Origin: a virus
Virus record (IMG/VR): IMGVR_UViG_3300018063_000001
Span: 1-64,000 of that record
Strand: one strand, 5' to 3'
DNA length: 64,000 nt
Below are positions 37,382 to 47,067 of this stretch, piece after piece. A program made the translations under genes and the position numbers. The notes beneath the pieces are model-generated. The model was not told where the DNA came from. It saw only the letters and a program-made list of their open reading frames with translations, and did not search any database. Position 1 is the stretch's first letter. Each line of letters begins with the position of its first letter.

Positions 37382-39796
37382 TTGAGTCTCAGCAGCAAAG
37401 TTGGAAGCTTTAATACCGGTGTAGGAATCATCGGTTCGACTGTTGTAGTGGCCGGACTCGGTTTTACTCCGAAGGTTCTCATATTATGGTGGTCAGGCCG
37501 AACTGAAGCCGTAGATACTATAGGCCGGGCATCGCTATTTAGAGGTATAGGTTTTGCTGATGGGGCAACGGCGCGTTGTTCTGTTGGCAATTCTATTGAC
37601 GCACAAGCTGCTGGCGATTCAAGTCGTGGCATGCAAGCAACCCCAACCATAATAGCTACACTGGATGCAGCCGGAGCGTTTGATGGACTCATTGATTGGA
37701 CTTCATTTGATGCGGATGGATTTACCCTAACTGTTGCGGATGTAATGCCTCTTGATCTTCGCGTTCACTATCTAGCCCTTGGTGGGCTAGATATAACAGA
37801 TGTTGACACGGGTATCATCACTGAGGCAGCGGCAACAGGAAATCAGGCTACAACTGGAGTGGGATTCCAACCTGATCTAGTATTATTTTCCAGTGGTAAT
37901 GAAGCTGGCACTTTACCTCAGTCTGCCTCTACCGGTGGCGTGCTGATGTTCGGTGCGGCTAAATCATCGACCAGTCGTTATGTATGGTGTGCTGGTACAG
38001 ATGAAGCAAGCGCCACAATGGATTCATCCTCTTACTGTATAGATGACGGCTGTATCGCCTTAATGCCAAATGCTATTGGCGATGTGATAGATGCACGGGC
38101 TGATTTTGTATCCATGGATGCGGATGGATTTACCGTCAATTGGCTAGAGAGGGCCGCGCTTCGCAGGGTGCTATACCTGGCAATTAAGGGTGGTTCATAT
38201 CTACTCGGCGACTTACTAACACAAACGGATATTACAACTAGCATTGTCGAGAGTGGATTCGGCTTCTCACCTACATCAGTAATGTTTGTATCTCATTGCC
38301 AAACTAAAAGCACATCTGATACAGGGCAAGCGCACGATAGAATGAGCATCGGCGCTTTCAGTGATGCAACTACACGCGGCGCTCAGGCTACATTGGATGA
38401 GGACGCTGTACTAGATTCCGAGGTAACAACCGCCATTGAATTTGATGGAGTCTATGTAAATATCAGCCTCACTTCGACTATAGATGGCGAGATGGATGTT
38501 GTCAGTGTGGATAGTGACGGCTTCACCTGCATTATGGATAATGCCGACCCGGCGCAGGCATTTGTCTGGTATATTGCGCTTGGGTCGACTGTTGTCCCAC
38601 CCGTACCACCACCCACACCCAGTACAGTTACGATAGCACCGTCTATCCGACCATCTAGCAGAGTCGGCGCGGGTAGTTATGAGATATGGCTGACAAGCGA
38701 TACCGGTTCACGGTTAGCGCACCTCACAACTATCACGACCTTAACAGCTTCACGTGTTGTCAATGGTGTAGGCTGGTTTGCGCTGAAACTCCCCCTGTCA
38801 TTCGATATTAACATGATTGGCGTAGACAGGATGGTTCAAATATGGAGACAGCCACGCGGCGGGGTGATGTCACTATGGCGACCATACTTTTTGCGTAAGT
38901 GGGTATTTTCAACTGAGGGAAGTCGAGAGGTAGTCACATTGGAAGGGCCGTGTATAAACGATGTGTTGCGGCGTAGAATCGTTGCAGCTTATAGTGGCAC
39001 GGCACAAGCATCTAAAACGGACTTCGCCGATGATATGATGAAGGAAGTCGTTACGCAATCCATTGCTGATGGTGTAGCGCCTTTGCCAGCCGCAGGTACG
39101 CGGGTATGGAGTAATTTGAGTATTCAGGCTGATGCAAGCGCAGGACCGACTATTACCAAGACATTCCCGTTTGACACACTTTTAACCTCATCAGGCAACG
39201 GCGTGTTAGCCGTATTAGCACAGGCAGCAAGGGAGGCTGGTACTGAGGTATTCTTTAGCATCGAACCTAACGTGGTGACAGGTAGTAGCTTAACCTTACA
39301 ATTTCAAACCAAGGTAAACCAACCGGGGCAGGATGTAACTAGCTTTGTAGTATTCGATCAGGCGCGCGGCAACATGCGTGAACCGTCACTTGAATATGAC
39401 TACTCAGAGGAAGAGAATTATATCTATGCTGCTGGGCAGGGCGAAGGAGCGGCGCGTAATATCCAGCAGGTTAGCGATTCTACTCGCTACAGTGCAAGCA
39501 TATGGAATCGCTGTGAGGGATTCGCTGACGCGAGAAATCAAACGGCTGATAATGGAGTAATAGCGGCCGGTAATTCGGCACTAGAACAGGAACGGCCACG
39601 CATCAGATTTACCGCTATACCAGTGGATACAGCTGGCACTCGATTCGGCATTGATTGGAACTTTGGCGATAAGGTGAGAAGTCGGTATAAGAATGTGGAA
39701 TTTGATACGATTATCCGTGCGGTAACTATCTCGCTTGATGGGAATAGGCGAGAGACAATTCAGGCCAGATTAGACTTTGAGGGACTCGTAACCTAA
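37382..39796 (+). CDS. Tail-associated (Tal-like) structural protein with triplicated N-terminal module
   Basis: Second gene after the tape measure, 804 aa. Three ~130-aa repeats each contain GF.P, D(A/S)DGFT and Y.A(L/I)(G/K)G. TTG start. Confidence 0.45.
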   Translation: MSLSSKVGSFNTGVGIIGSTVVVAGLGFTPKVLILWWSGRTEAVDTIGRASLFRGIGFADGATARCSVGNSIDAQAAGDSSRGMQATPTIIATLDAAGAFDGLIDWTSFDADGFTLTVADVMPLDLRVHYLALGGLDITDVDTGIITEAAATGNQATTGVGFQPDLVLFSSGNEAGTLPQSASTGGVLMFGAAKSSTSRYVWCAGTDEASATMDSSSYCIDDGCIALMPNAIGDVIDARADFVSMDADGFTVNWLERAALRRVLYLAIKGGSYLLGDLLTQTDITTSIVESGFGFSPTSVMFVSHCQTKSTSDTGQAHDRMSIGAFSDATTRGAQATLDEDAVLDSEVTTAIEFDGVYVNISLTSTIDGEMDVVSVDSDGFTCIMDNADPAQAFVWYIALGSTVVPPVPPPTPSTVTIAPSIRPSSRVGAGSYEIWLTSDTGSRLAHLTTITTLTASRVVNGVGWFALKLPLSFDINMIGVDRMVQIWRQPRGGVMSLWRPYFLRKWVFSTEGSREVVTLEGPCINDVLRRRIVAAYSGTAQASKTDFADDMMKEVVTQSIADGVAPLPAAGTRVWSNLSIQADASAGPTITKTFPFDTLLTSSGNGVLAVLAQAAREAGTEVFFSIEPNVVTGSSLTLQFQTKVNQPGQDVTSFVVFDQARGNMREPSLEYDYSEEENYIYAAGQGEGAARNIQQVSDSTRYSASIWNRCEGFADARNQTADNGVIAAGNSALEQERPRIRFTAIPVDTAGTRFGIDWNFGDKVRSRYKNVEFDTIIRAVTISLDGNRRETIQARLDFEGLVT

Positions 39797-40254
39797 TGGA
39801 TTTAGTCAAGGAAATTGTGCTTTTGCAGAGGCGGGTTGATGGCCTGATTAAGCCGGAAGTGGGTCGGTGGGTAGACTGGATGCCAACAGTGACGCAATCG
39901 GGCGCGGTAGCGGTAACGGTGAATTATGCCCGATACGTTGTTATGGCGAATATGGTTGTCGGTCAGGCGCGGCTAACGGTGACTGGCAGCGGAACAGCGG
40001 GAAATGCGATTATCATTGGTGGGATGCCGGTGCTAGACCAGCCGGTGCGGAATGGGTCAAACGTGGATATTATGGGATCGATGCTGGTACTTGATAGTGG
40101 ATTAGCATTCTACCACGGAGCACTTGTTGCCGTTGGCGGGGCCGATTGGCGGGGGATTGCCCACAATCTCGCCAATTACATCGGGATAACCCCAAGCTTT
40201 GGACTGGTTGCTACCGATGTAATTGGGATTGAGTTTGCTTACGAGCGGGCCTAA
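39796..40254 (+). CDS. Tail/baseplate-region hypothetical protein
   Basis: ATG overlaps the upstream stop. Last plus-strand gene of the structural block. Confidence 0.45.
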   Translation: MDLVKEIVLLQRRVDGLIKPEVGRWVDWMPTVTQSGAVAVTVNYARYVVMANMVVGQARLTVTGSGTAGNAIIIGGMPVLDQPVRNGSNVDIMGSMLVLDSGLAFYHGALVAVGGADWRGIAHNLANYIGITPSFGLVATDVIGIEFAYERA

Positions 40255-40291
40255 AAGGATTAGCTACATGCCCCAGTGCTCTACGGTGGAT

Positions 40292-40489
40292 TCACATCTC
40301 GCTCAACTTGGGGCAATCCGATAGTAGTTTAATCTTACGTTGCTTTAAGTCAGCGAAGATAACCAGTGAACGTTCTTCACTGAAGCACAAGTTGAAGTAT
40401 TCCTTAAGCTCTAAAGCGTGGGGTTGTCTAGCGGATGACTTGGCAAGTGCTTCGATTTCAGCTTTTAATAGTGGCGTCTTTCCAGCCAT
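40292..40489 (-). CDS. Hypothetical protein
   Basis: Last gene of the minus-strand block. Overlaps the MazG-like gene 3' end. Confidence 0.4.
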   Translation of the reverse strand: MAGKTPLLKAEIEALAKSSARQPHALELKEYFNLCFSEERSLVIFADLKQRKIKLLSDCPKLSEM

Positions 40490-41078
40490 TTTGGGACTCC
40501 GTGTCTAGCTTGCGATAGTTTAATTCGAGTAGGTGAGATAGGGAGCAATCGAGCTTGTGAAGGATGGCTAGAAGAATGTAAGTACAATATTGCAAGTGAC
40601 CTATTTCGATAATGCCATCACTCACAAAGTCATCTAGTACGGTAAATGAATCCTCCCCCAAGCTCATGAGTAACAATAGCATGCTATCATCTTTATATGT
40701 CTCAGGCATAAAGTCTTTACAGAGTAACTCAAATGTTACCCCCTTCTGATAAGCCAGTATCCTTAAGTAATATGAAATGTCGCCGAGTTCGTCCAGGACT
40801 TTGGGGGTGTAGTCATTACACTCGCATACTTTGAATTTATATACTCTTTGCGTCAAGTCATCTTTGGGATAATACTTTCCGCAATGCTTACAATTCCACC
40901 ATGAGAAGTTAGGCTTGTATTCATCCTTAGCGTAGCAATCCAGCAACTCCCCACATTCCCCTGCTAACTTAATGCAAGGTTGATGTGGGTTAAGGTGTAA
41001 GGGACTATCTACAGGATACCACGTCGTCAGAACCATTTCGATTGCTTTATCTGGCTGGTATTTTCCAGGATTCTCCAT
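40458..41078 (-). CDS. MazG-like nucleotide pyrophosphohydrolase with inserted Cys4 element
   Basis: LAGECGELLD and LDELGDISYYL helices fit the MazG EExxE/D pattern. Insertion is CKHCGKY...CEC. Confidence 0.5.
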   Translation of the reverse strand: MENPGKYQPDKAIEMVLTTWYPVDSPLHLNPHQPCIKLAGECGELLDCYAKDEYKPNFSWWNCKHCGKYYPKDDLTQRVYKFKVCECNDYTPKVLDELGDISYYLRILAYQKGVTFELLCKDFMPETYKDDSMLLLLMSLGEDSFTVLDDFVSDGIIEIGHLQYCTYILLAILHKLDCSLSHLLELNYRKLDTESQNGWKDATIKS

Positions 41079-41204
41079 TTACTATTTTCCTCATGTGACC
41101 TTTATCTATATCAAACATAGCAGCTAAAACGTCAACTGTGTATTTGTCAGTCGAGTATAACAATCTAATAGCATCGACTTCTACTTGACACGGGGTGTAA
41201 AATT
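41047..41204 (-). pseudogene. Possible remnant of an HNH-endonuclease C-terminal HTH domain
   Basis: Open frame without a canonical start encodes VDAIRLLYSTDKYTVDVLAAMFDIDKGHMRKIVNGESWKIP. This parallels the C-terminal HTH of 51288..51896 and 52990..53652. Confidence 0.3.
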
Positions 41205-41206
41205 AG

Positions 41207-41470
41207 TCATCTTGCTGGCCTCAACTTATCTAACACTTCACTGCCAACATCACCCAACGCAAGGTTTAAGCTTCCTTGCCACTCCGTTTTCATAGCCTCA
41301 TTCGCTTGTAAGGCTAAGTCAAGGATATTGAGCCAGAGTTCTTTATTAAGTGTAGTGACTACTAGATTATCCTGTTCGGTATACAGATCTATGCCAGTAA
41401 TCTCACCTGTAGTCATCTTGCCTTTAATGCGCTCAACTTCCCTTTGCTCAGCCGGTGTTAGGATTCTCAT
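41207..41470 (-). CDS. Hypothetical protein
   Basis: ATGA overlap with the upstream methyltransferase gene. Confidence 0.5.
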   Translation of the reverse strand: MRILTPAEQREVERIKGKMTTGEITGIDLYTEQDNLVVTTLNKELWLNILDLALQANEAMKTEWQGSLNLALGDVGSEVLDKLRPAR

Positions 41471-42945
41471 ATCAATCCTCCCTGAGTTGTAGCTATTTCA
41501 GCCTCGATTAAGTTATTTACTTGAGTACGCCAATATTCGGGTTTAAGTTCACTAGCAATAGCCTTACGTCCTAGCTTGATAGCTTCGTAAGGTTCGCTCC
41601 CGACTCCACCATAGGGGGAGTAGACTATCTCACCTATACCCGTATACTCTAGAATTAGTCTTTCTATTAAGTCTAATTGGAGGGGGCAGATATGCTTGCT
41701 GGCTTGATCTTCCTTAACCCCCTTCGCATTTAACACGTTAGTTTGCGCTATATCCATCCAACAATTAGGATGATTACTTGGCAAGCCTTCCAAGTCAAAC
41801 CATACCGGACTTGCGTATCTCTGCCAAGTTAGAATCGAGTAATAGCCCTGATCTCGCCAGCCAATGGGAGGATTAGTACCTACATAATCGGGGTGTACTT
41901 CATTGCCTCTAAGTATCGGCTCTCGCCACGTTTCCGTATGTTCCTCTATAACTTCCAATTCACCGTCAACCTGTTTAGTAAATCGCTCGACTATTTCAAA
42001 CTTCTGATAGTCTACATCGGGCGGCTGGATGTGATGATGAACTACGTTATTCTCAAATTCACCTGTCCAGTTACGGAAGGTTACGAGATATGAACCATCG
42101 GTTAAACTGCAACGACTATGAAATTTCCAGCCTAGTACATTCTCAAACCTCTGGACAATATCTATCATCATTTGAGCGGTACAATGGACAGTGGTTTCGC
42201 GGCCGGGAGTCGTTGAGCTTTGCACTTGATGAATGAATGGAGTTGTATACTCAGGTAAACTCCAAAATGAGTATTGAACTGGCCTACTCAGCAGCATGAC
42301 CTCATCTCGATTTCGTATGCCGTAGCTTAACGGAGTATGGATATATTCACCTTCATTCGTCCACTGTTGTACACACCGCTCTATTACCTGCGTATTGATA
42401 GATGGCAGTTCCTGCTGAGGTACTCCTATATCCTTGCCTAGAATCAGGATATAATCGGCGCATCCTTGCCGTGTCACTTCGGCACGTTCCCTAAAACTCT
42501 TGTGAAGTAACCCATAGGTTTTGGTGCGTTGCATCTCGATTACAGGGTCTTTCCAGATTGTTACCCAACGCGCTAGAGTAAAACCAACCTCTTGACATAG
42601 GCGAATGATATGACCTGGAAAGTCGAATAAGCCAGCGTAGCTATGACTGGACATGTAGCGCATGGTATCTTTGCAATGGATAGCCATATACTTGCCAGAT
42701 TTCAGCACGCGGTACATTTCTTCCAAGTGAAATTTATATCCATCCATAAACTGAAGTTCGGAGTCAGTGTTACCCAAGTCGGCAACGGAGTCCGTGTAAA
42801 TATATAAATTGATAAATGGAGGCGAGTACGGGATAAAGTCAATCGAGTTGTCAGGTAAGTTTCGCATCACATAAACGCAATCCCCATTGTAACTTGCCCA
42901 ATTGTTACCAAATCTTTGATTGATTATTTGTGACCGTTTAGCCAT
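41467..42945 (-). CDS. DNA methyltransferase (beta-class N4/N6 type)
   Basis: DFIPYSPPFINLY (motif IV, SPPF) lies near the N-terminus. HICPLQLDLIERLILEYTG.GEIVYSPYGGVGS...GRKAIASE (motif X/I region) lies near the C-terminus. Confidence 0.65.
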   Translation of the reverse strand: MAKRSQIINQRFGNNWASYNGDCVYVMRNLPDNSIDFIPYSPPFINLYIYTDSVADLGNTDSELQFMDGYKFHLEEMYRVLKSGKYMAIHCKDTMRYMSSHSYAGLFDFPGHIIRLCQEVGFTLARWVTIWKDPVIEMQRTKTYGLLHKSFRERAEVTRQGCADYILILGKDIGVPQQELPSINTQVIERCVQQWTNEGEYIHTPLSYGIRNRDEVMLLSRPVQYSFWSLPEYTTPFIHQVQSSTTPGRETTVHCTAQMMIDIVQRFENVLGWKFHSRCSLTDGSYLVTFRNWTGEFENNVVHHHIQPPDVDYQKFEIVERFTKQVDGELEVIEEHTETWREPILRGNEVHPDYVGTNPPIGWRDQGYYSILTWQRYASPVWFDLEGLPSNHPNCWMDIAQTNVLNAKGVKEDQASKHICPLQLDLIERLILEYTGIGEIVYSPYGGVGSEPYEAIKLGRKAIASELKPEYWRTQVNNLIEAEIATTQGGLI

Positions 42946-44384
42946 TCCGGACTCCTCATTTCCATATCACCAAAGAAGTTACTCAGCACTTTTCTATCTG
43001 TACGCCATAGACCAAATTTATCGTAAATACTTTTAACCCAGGCGTGCATACTCCTATCCTGATTTTCCTTACGCTTGATTGCGTTTACGATTCCTTGTTC
43101 CGTTTCGGTAGCTATCATATCTACTCGCGTCTGCCTCTTGTTGCCATAGCGGTTAGTTCTGGCTATCATCTGTGCAAATTTCTCCCAAGAGTAATTGACA
43201 CTTACCATCGTTTGATGGTTGCAGTGTTGCCAGTTTAGACCGAGTCCGGCTATTTTGCTCTTGGTTACGATTCGCCGTGTGTCACCTCTGCTGAAAGCGT
43301 CTAGTTTAGCTTCCTTATCCTCTAGCTTATCATCCCCCCTGACTTCGACTCCCCAGTCCTTGCCATATTTATCCTCTAGGCTTCTAGCTAATAGTTCGGA
43401 TTCGTCATTCAAGTCACACCATAAGATGTGATAATCGTTGCACTCTTCGTCCAACTCTATAGCCTTGCATACTCTATCTTTATAGGTCATTTGCTTCTCT
43501 CGCCACATATCAGTTGACGAAGGGTTATCGGGTAGAAAGAGAAGATGCTGACCTCTTTTATCGGTTAATTCCCATGCGCGGGTGTGGTCAACTGCCAGGT
43601 GATGAAAGCGCATATCAAGAGGAGGTAAGATGTAACCCTCATCACTTCCACCGATAACCGAGGGAGTATCTACAACTAATGCCCACGTTGTAACCCAACG
43701 CCAAAAGTCCTCTTCCCCTAGTGGTTTAATCTTGTACTTACCAGCAACAATCTCGCCTGTCTTTACCTTGCCTTGCGTCATAAACCAGTTAGCTAGCATT
43801 TGATTGCTAGGCATAACCCCTAGTGCCTCTGCTTGATTCCCTATTTCCATGTAATCGTTACGAGTAAAAGTGCCAGAAGCGCATAAGCCATAGCGGACTT
43901 GGTTCATGAAGGGAATGACAAACTTTTTAGTCTCGCCCTGGTAAGAAGCCAAAATTGAACATTCATCTATGATTAGCGCACCCTTACGCCACATATCAGG
44001 GGTGAATTTTCGTCTAAACATATCAAAGTTGATTATGGTTATGGGGGAGTCAGCTAACTTGACGTTATCCATTGAACGGATTTGTTCAATAACTACATCT
44101 AACTTTTGTGCCTCGCGGATAGTCTGCTTGGCAACTGCGAGAGGACAGACGATTAAAGATGGTTGTCCGGTATACTTATGCACTAATCTGGCAAACTCAA
44201 CTTGAGCTACCGTCTTACCGAGTCCCATTTTCCAGCCCATTAAAGCCTTGCCTAGCTTCAATGACCACTGGACTCCTAACGCTTGCCAATCGAACAGCAT
44301 CGGGTGGACTTCACTTAGGTCAATGTCGAAACCGCTAGGCGTAGCTGATATTTGCTTGGAGAGTAGATAATCTTCGTAGGTCAA
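42924..44384 (-). CDS. SNF2/DEAD-like helicase
   Basis: MGLGKT (motif I), LIIDECS (motif II), C-terminal GLGLNWQ...ARTNRYGNKRQTRV (motifs V/VI). TTG start preceded by GGAGGG. Confidence 0.75.
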   Translation of the reverse strand: MTYEDYLLSKQISATPSGFDIDLSEVHPMLFDWQALGVQWSLKLGKALMGWKMGLGKTVAQVEFARLVHKYTGQPSLIVCPLAVAKQTIREAQKLDVVIEQIRSMDNVKLADSPITIINFDMFRRKFTPDMWRKGALIIDECSILASYQGETKKFVIPFMNQVRYGLCASGTFTRNDYMEIGNQAEALGVMPSNQMLANWFMTQGKVKTGEIVAGKYKIKPLGEEDFWRWVTTWALVVDTPSVIGGSDEGYILPPLDMRFHHLAVDHTRAWELTDKRGQHLLFLPDNPSSTDMWREKQMTYKDRVCKAIELDEECNDYHILWCDLNDESELLARSLEDKYGKDWGVEVRGDDKLEDKEAKLDAFSRGDTRRIVTKSKIAGLGLNWQHCNHQTMVSVNYSWEKFAQMIARTNRYGNKRQTRVDMIATETEQGIVNAIKRKENQDRSMHAWVKSIYDKFGLWRTDRKVLSNFFGDMEMRSPEWLNGHK

Positions 44385-44521
44385 GCTTCCCTCCTATCTA
44401 TAGCTCTCTTCATCAACTGTAACCCTCTCTTGCCTGTAGCATATATGGTTAATTCCTCGTCACCTTTAATAGCAGTGACGCTAGTGGGAGCGGTGTGGAT
44501 AGTCCAGCCTTTGTAAGTCAT
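44381..44521 (-). CDS. Small hypothetical protein (46 aa)
   Basis: ATGA overlap upstream, and its TGA overlaps the helicase TTG start. Confidence 0.35.
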   Translation of the reverse strand: MTYKGWTIHTAPTSVTAIKGDEELTIYATGKRGLQLMKRAIDRREA

Positions 44522-44733
44522 TTACTGCTTACCTTTAGATTGCAACTTTCGAGTAACCACATGATTTCCTCTCCCCATCCATTACCCAAGCGCCAATTGG
44601 CTACACTCTTAAAAGCGGTTACTGGGTCAATTGTATCTATGTCGTTATCTCTTGAAGTATCATTTTCGTCAAGGTCATATACCCTTTGACGTAAATCACG
44701 CATAATGTGTTTTGGATAATGCTTGTTTGCCAT
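44518..44733 (-). CDS. Hypothetical protein (71 aa)
   Basis: Internal ATG at 44733 is preceded by AGGAG. The upstream part of the listed ORF is Arg-rich and probably non-coding. Confidence 0.45.
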   Translation of the reverse strand: MANKHYPKHIMRDLRQRVYDLDENDTSRDNDIDTIDPVTAFKSVANWRLGNGWGEEIMWLLESCNLKVSSK

Positions 44734-44937
44734 TTTTCGACTCCTTATATTTCCTCTGAATATCCAACGCCAAACTTTTATAAAACGACTTCGCCGGTAG
44801 CACCTTGCCCGATTCCTGTTCGTATCGGGTGACATCGGATAGGATGGTGGATTCGGCGGTAGTCATTCTGCTCAACCATTCTTTCTATTTCAAAAGCTGT
44901 TATCTGTAAACTTGCAACATAATCTAACAATTCTTGT

Positions 44938-45156
44938 TTAAGCATTTAGAATCTCCTCAATCTCACCTCGCGTAACTTCACCTTTGATGAAGCTGATTAG
45001 CTTGTCCAGTTTGGCTTGATTGTGGGAGAGGCCAGCGACGAAGCCAGCACTGAATCCAGCGCGGGTATTTGGCTTGCTAAATAGAGTATCATTTTCGTAT
45101 TCTAATCTGGCCTGGGTAAATGCTTGATGTTCGCTATCGGTTAGTTGTTTAGTCAT
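44938..45156 (-). CDS. Hypothetical protein
   Basis: In-operon ORF. No motif. Confidence 0.45.
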   Translation of the reverse strand: MTKQLTDSEHQAFTQARLEYENDTLFSKPNTRAGFSAGFVAGLSHNQAKLDKLISFIKGEVTRGEIEEILNA

Positions 45157-45159
45157 TTT

Positions 45160-45330
45160 TCACCGCCCGTCAATCTTACTTTTAACTTCTTTCAAGGCGA
45201 CTTTGGCATTCTTACCTCTGGCGCTTATTCGACGGCCGGCTACAATAGCCACCGCTAATACCTCGCAGCGGCCATTGATCTTACCTCTAATAATTTCTAT
45301 TTCGTAACCTCTGTACTTTAGTTTAGTCAT
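45160..45330 (-). CDS. Small hypothetical protein (56 aa)
   Basis: Start overlaps the 3' end of the upstream gene and fills the otherwise empty 45157-45322 gap. Confidence 0.35.
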   Translation of the reverse strand: MTKLKYRGYEIEIIRGKINGRCEVLAVAIVAGRRISARGKNAKVALKEVKSKIDGR

Positions 45331-45931
45331 TGTTTATAACTCCGTAACAAAATCCTGATTCCCCAACTAGCTTAATTAAGATTCCGGCGCTCTTCAGTGC
45401 ATTAGCCAGCGTCTTAGCCGTTCTCAGCGTCTTACCTTGCGCCTTCACAACTGCCCTGACACCGCTTAGTGAGTGCTGACATAGCGTATGGCAGTGACCG
45501 TTACCTTTGCAAGCGACTAAGCCAGTAGCTAGAATCTGCTCACATTTGACGCTGTAAGTGATGATCTTATGACCATCAATTTCTGTCTTGCCAGTGGGGA
45601 TAATCGTTTGCTGATAGTTTAGTTCGGGTGAAGTGAGTGACCGGCATGCGGTGACGTGCTTGTGCTGGCAACCGTTGGTCAGGCAGATGGTGGTTTGAAT
45701 GTGCTTAGCTTTGTTGGATTGATTGACCAGAGATGGTATTCTATTTCGCTTGTTCAGTTTGAATAACTTGATACACTTAGGACAATCAATACTACCAGGT
45801 AGCTTATTATCGTTTGAATAGACTAATATGAATGGTTCATTATTGAACTTAGTCACACCACATAAGCCAGTGAAGTTACCCGTAACATCAGCATGGGTAT
45901 GCTTGGTGGATTGATTTTGGAGAGGTGTCAT
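45323..45931 (-). CDS. Cys/His-rich hypothetical protein
   Basis: ATG at 45931 is preceded by AAAGGA. Multiple C/H pairs (CPKC, CQHKH, CKGNGHCH). Confidence 0.45.
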   Translation of the reverse strand: MTPLQNQSTKHTHADVTGNFTGLCGVTKFNNEPFILVYSNDNKLPGSIDCPKCIKLFKLNKRNRIPSLVNQSNKAKHIQTTICLTNGCQHKHVTACRSLTSPELNYQQTIIPTGKTEIDGHKIITYSVKCEQILATGLVACKGNGHCHTLCQHSLSGVRAVVKAQGKTLRTAKTLANALKSAGILIKLVGESGFCYGVINND

Positions 45932-46000
45932 AGTTTTTATCCTTTGCCTCGTCAGTACCGATTTAGTTCGGTAGACTCCCACGCGGGAGTTTCGGCTTAA

Positions 46001-46213
46001 TTAGTTTTCTACTTTGTAGGATATAACATCGGGATTAGAATCGAGTGCTAGTTCAGTGGCTATGCTGGTATCATTACCGTCAAAGCTGATAGTGATTGTG
46101 CCTGAACCGTCCTCCCGGTAGCTTTCGTCCTCCACTGACCAGCCCATACCGCGCGGTAGGGTGCTAATGAGTCCTTCACATTCGGGTGTTACTTCGACAA
46201 TTAGAGTAGCCAT
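46001..46213 (-). CDS. Hypothetical acidic protein
   Basis: 70-aa ORF with an upstream GGAGA RBS. Confidence 0.5.
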   Translation of the reverse strand: MATLIVEVTPECEGLISTLPRGMGWSVEDESYREDGSGTITISFDGNDTSIATELALDSNPDVISYKVEN

Positions 46214-46335
46214 TTTTCAATCTCCTTTGTGAGTGATAATCTAAACTTATGAGTAAAGTATAAGCGATATTGCTAAAATCCGTTAGCTGAATCGATGGGA
46301 TTCTAGCTCAATTTTTTGTTGATAGACACGAGTTT

Positions 46336-47067
46336 TCAGTGATTTGTCACCGTTTCAACAGAAGCTGATTCTGTAATAAACTCAACCAGCTTATCGGCCA
46401 TTAAAATATATTGCTCTTTTCTAGCAGCAGCATAAGCAGCATAAGCAGCAGCAGCATAAGCAGCAGCAGCAGCAGCAGCATAAGCAGCAGCATAAGCAGC
46501 AGCATAAGCAGCAGCAGCAGCAGCGTCAGCAGCAGCAGCAGCAGCATAAGCAGCAGCAGCAGCAGCAGCAGCGTCAGCATAAGCAACAGCAGCACGCCAA
46601 GTTTCAGATTCAATCACTATGCCTGCTAATTGCTGAGCGTACAAGTCCGCTACTCTTTGAATTGCTTTTCGCTGCTGATCCGTTTTTGCATATTTGATTA
46701 CGCCATCTTTTTCATCAACTAGCCGCCAAATAATCCAGTGCGGCCAAACAGGAGAAAGATCAATCCCGACTGGTACATTGGTAAAAAACCGTAATGCAAA
46801 TTCGCGTCCCAAATCAGGATCATAGCCAGATAATCGCTCAAAAATTCCATCAGCTAATTTTGATATGATTCGCGGTAGGCCAATTTCTGCCTCAACAATA
46901 CCGTGTGGTGATTCGCTTCTCATATAGCAACCCCACATACAACCCTTCCAGCCACCATTTGCTTGCTCACCATATGAACCGGCAATGAGCCTATCTCTGG
47001 CAATATCGGCCTCAATCCAGGCCAGATGTTGCGCTTTTAATTCGTGCAAGCCATGATACGATAACAT
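46336..47067 (-). CDS. Hypothetical protein with 57-residue Ala/Tyr low-complexity tract
   Basis: Globular N-terminal ~155 aa, then AAVAYADAAAAAAAAYAAAAAADAAAAAAYAAAYAAAYAAAAAAAYAAAAYAAYAAA, then a 28-aa tail. Confidence 0.55.
   Translation of the reverse strand: MLSYHGLHELKAQHLAWIEADIARDRLIAGSYGEQANGGWKGCMWGCYMRSESPHGIVEAEIGLPRIISKLADGIFERLSGYDPDLGREFALRFFTNVPVGIDLSPVWPHWIIWRLVDEKDGVIKYAKTDQQRKAIQRVADLYAQQLAGIVIESETWRAAVAYADAAAAAAAAYAAAAAADAAAAAAYAAAYAAAYAAAAAAAYAAAAYAAYAAARKEQYILMADKLVEFITESASVETVTNH
46423..46593 (-). repeat. Trinucleotide (GCT)n tract interrupted by TAT/GAC codons
   Basis: On the coding strand, Ala is GCT almost throughout (the lone Val is GTT), Tyr is always TAT and Asp is always GAC. 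Confidence 0.85.

Noticed and set aside
46401-46629. Poly-Leu (minus strand) and poly-Ser (plus strand) ORFs
   Set aside because: These are alternative-frame and antisense readings of the (GCT)n tract inside gene 46336..47067.
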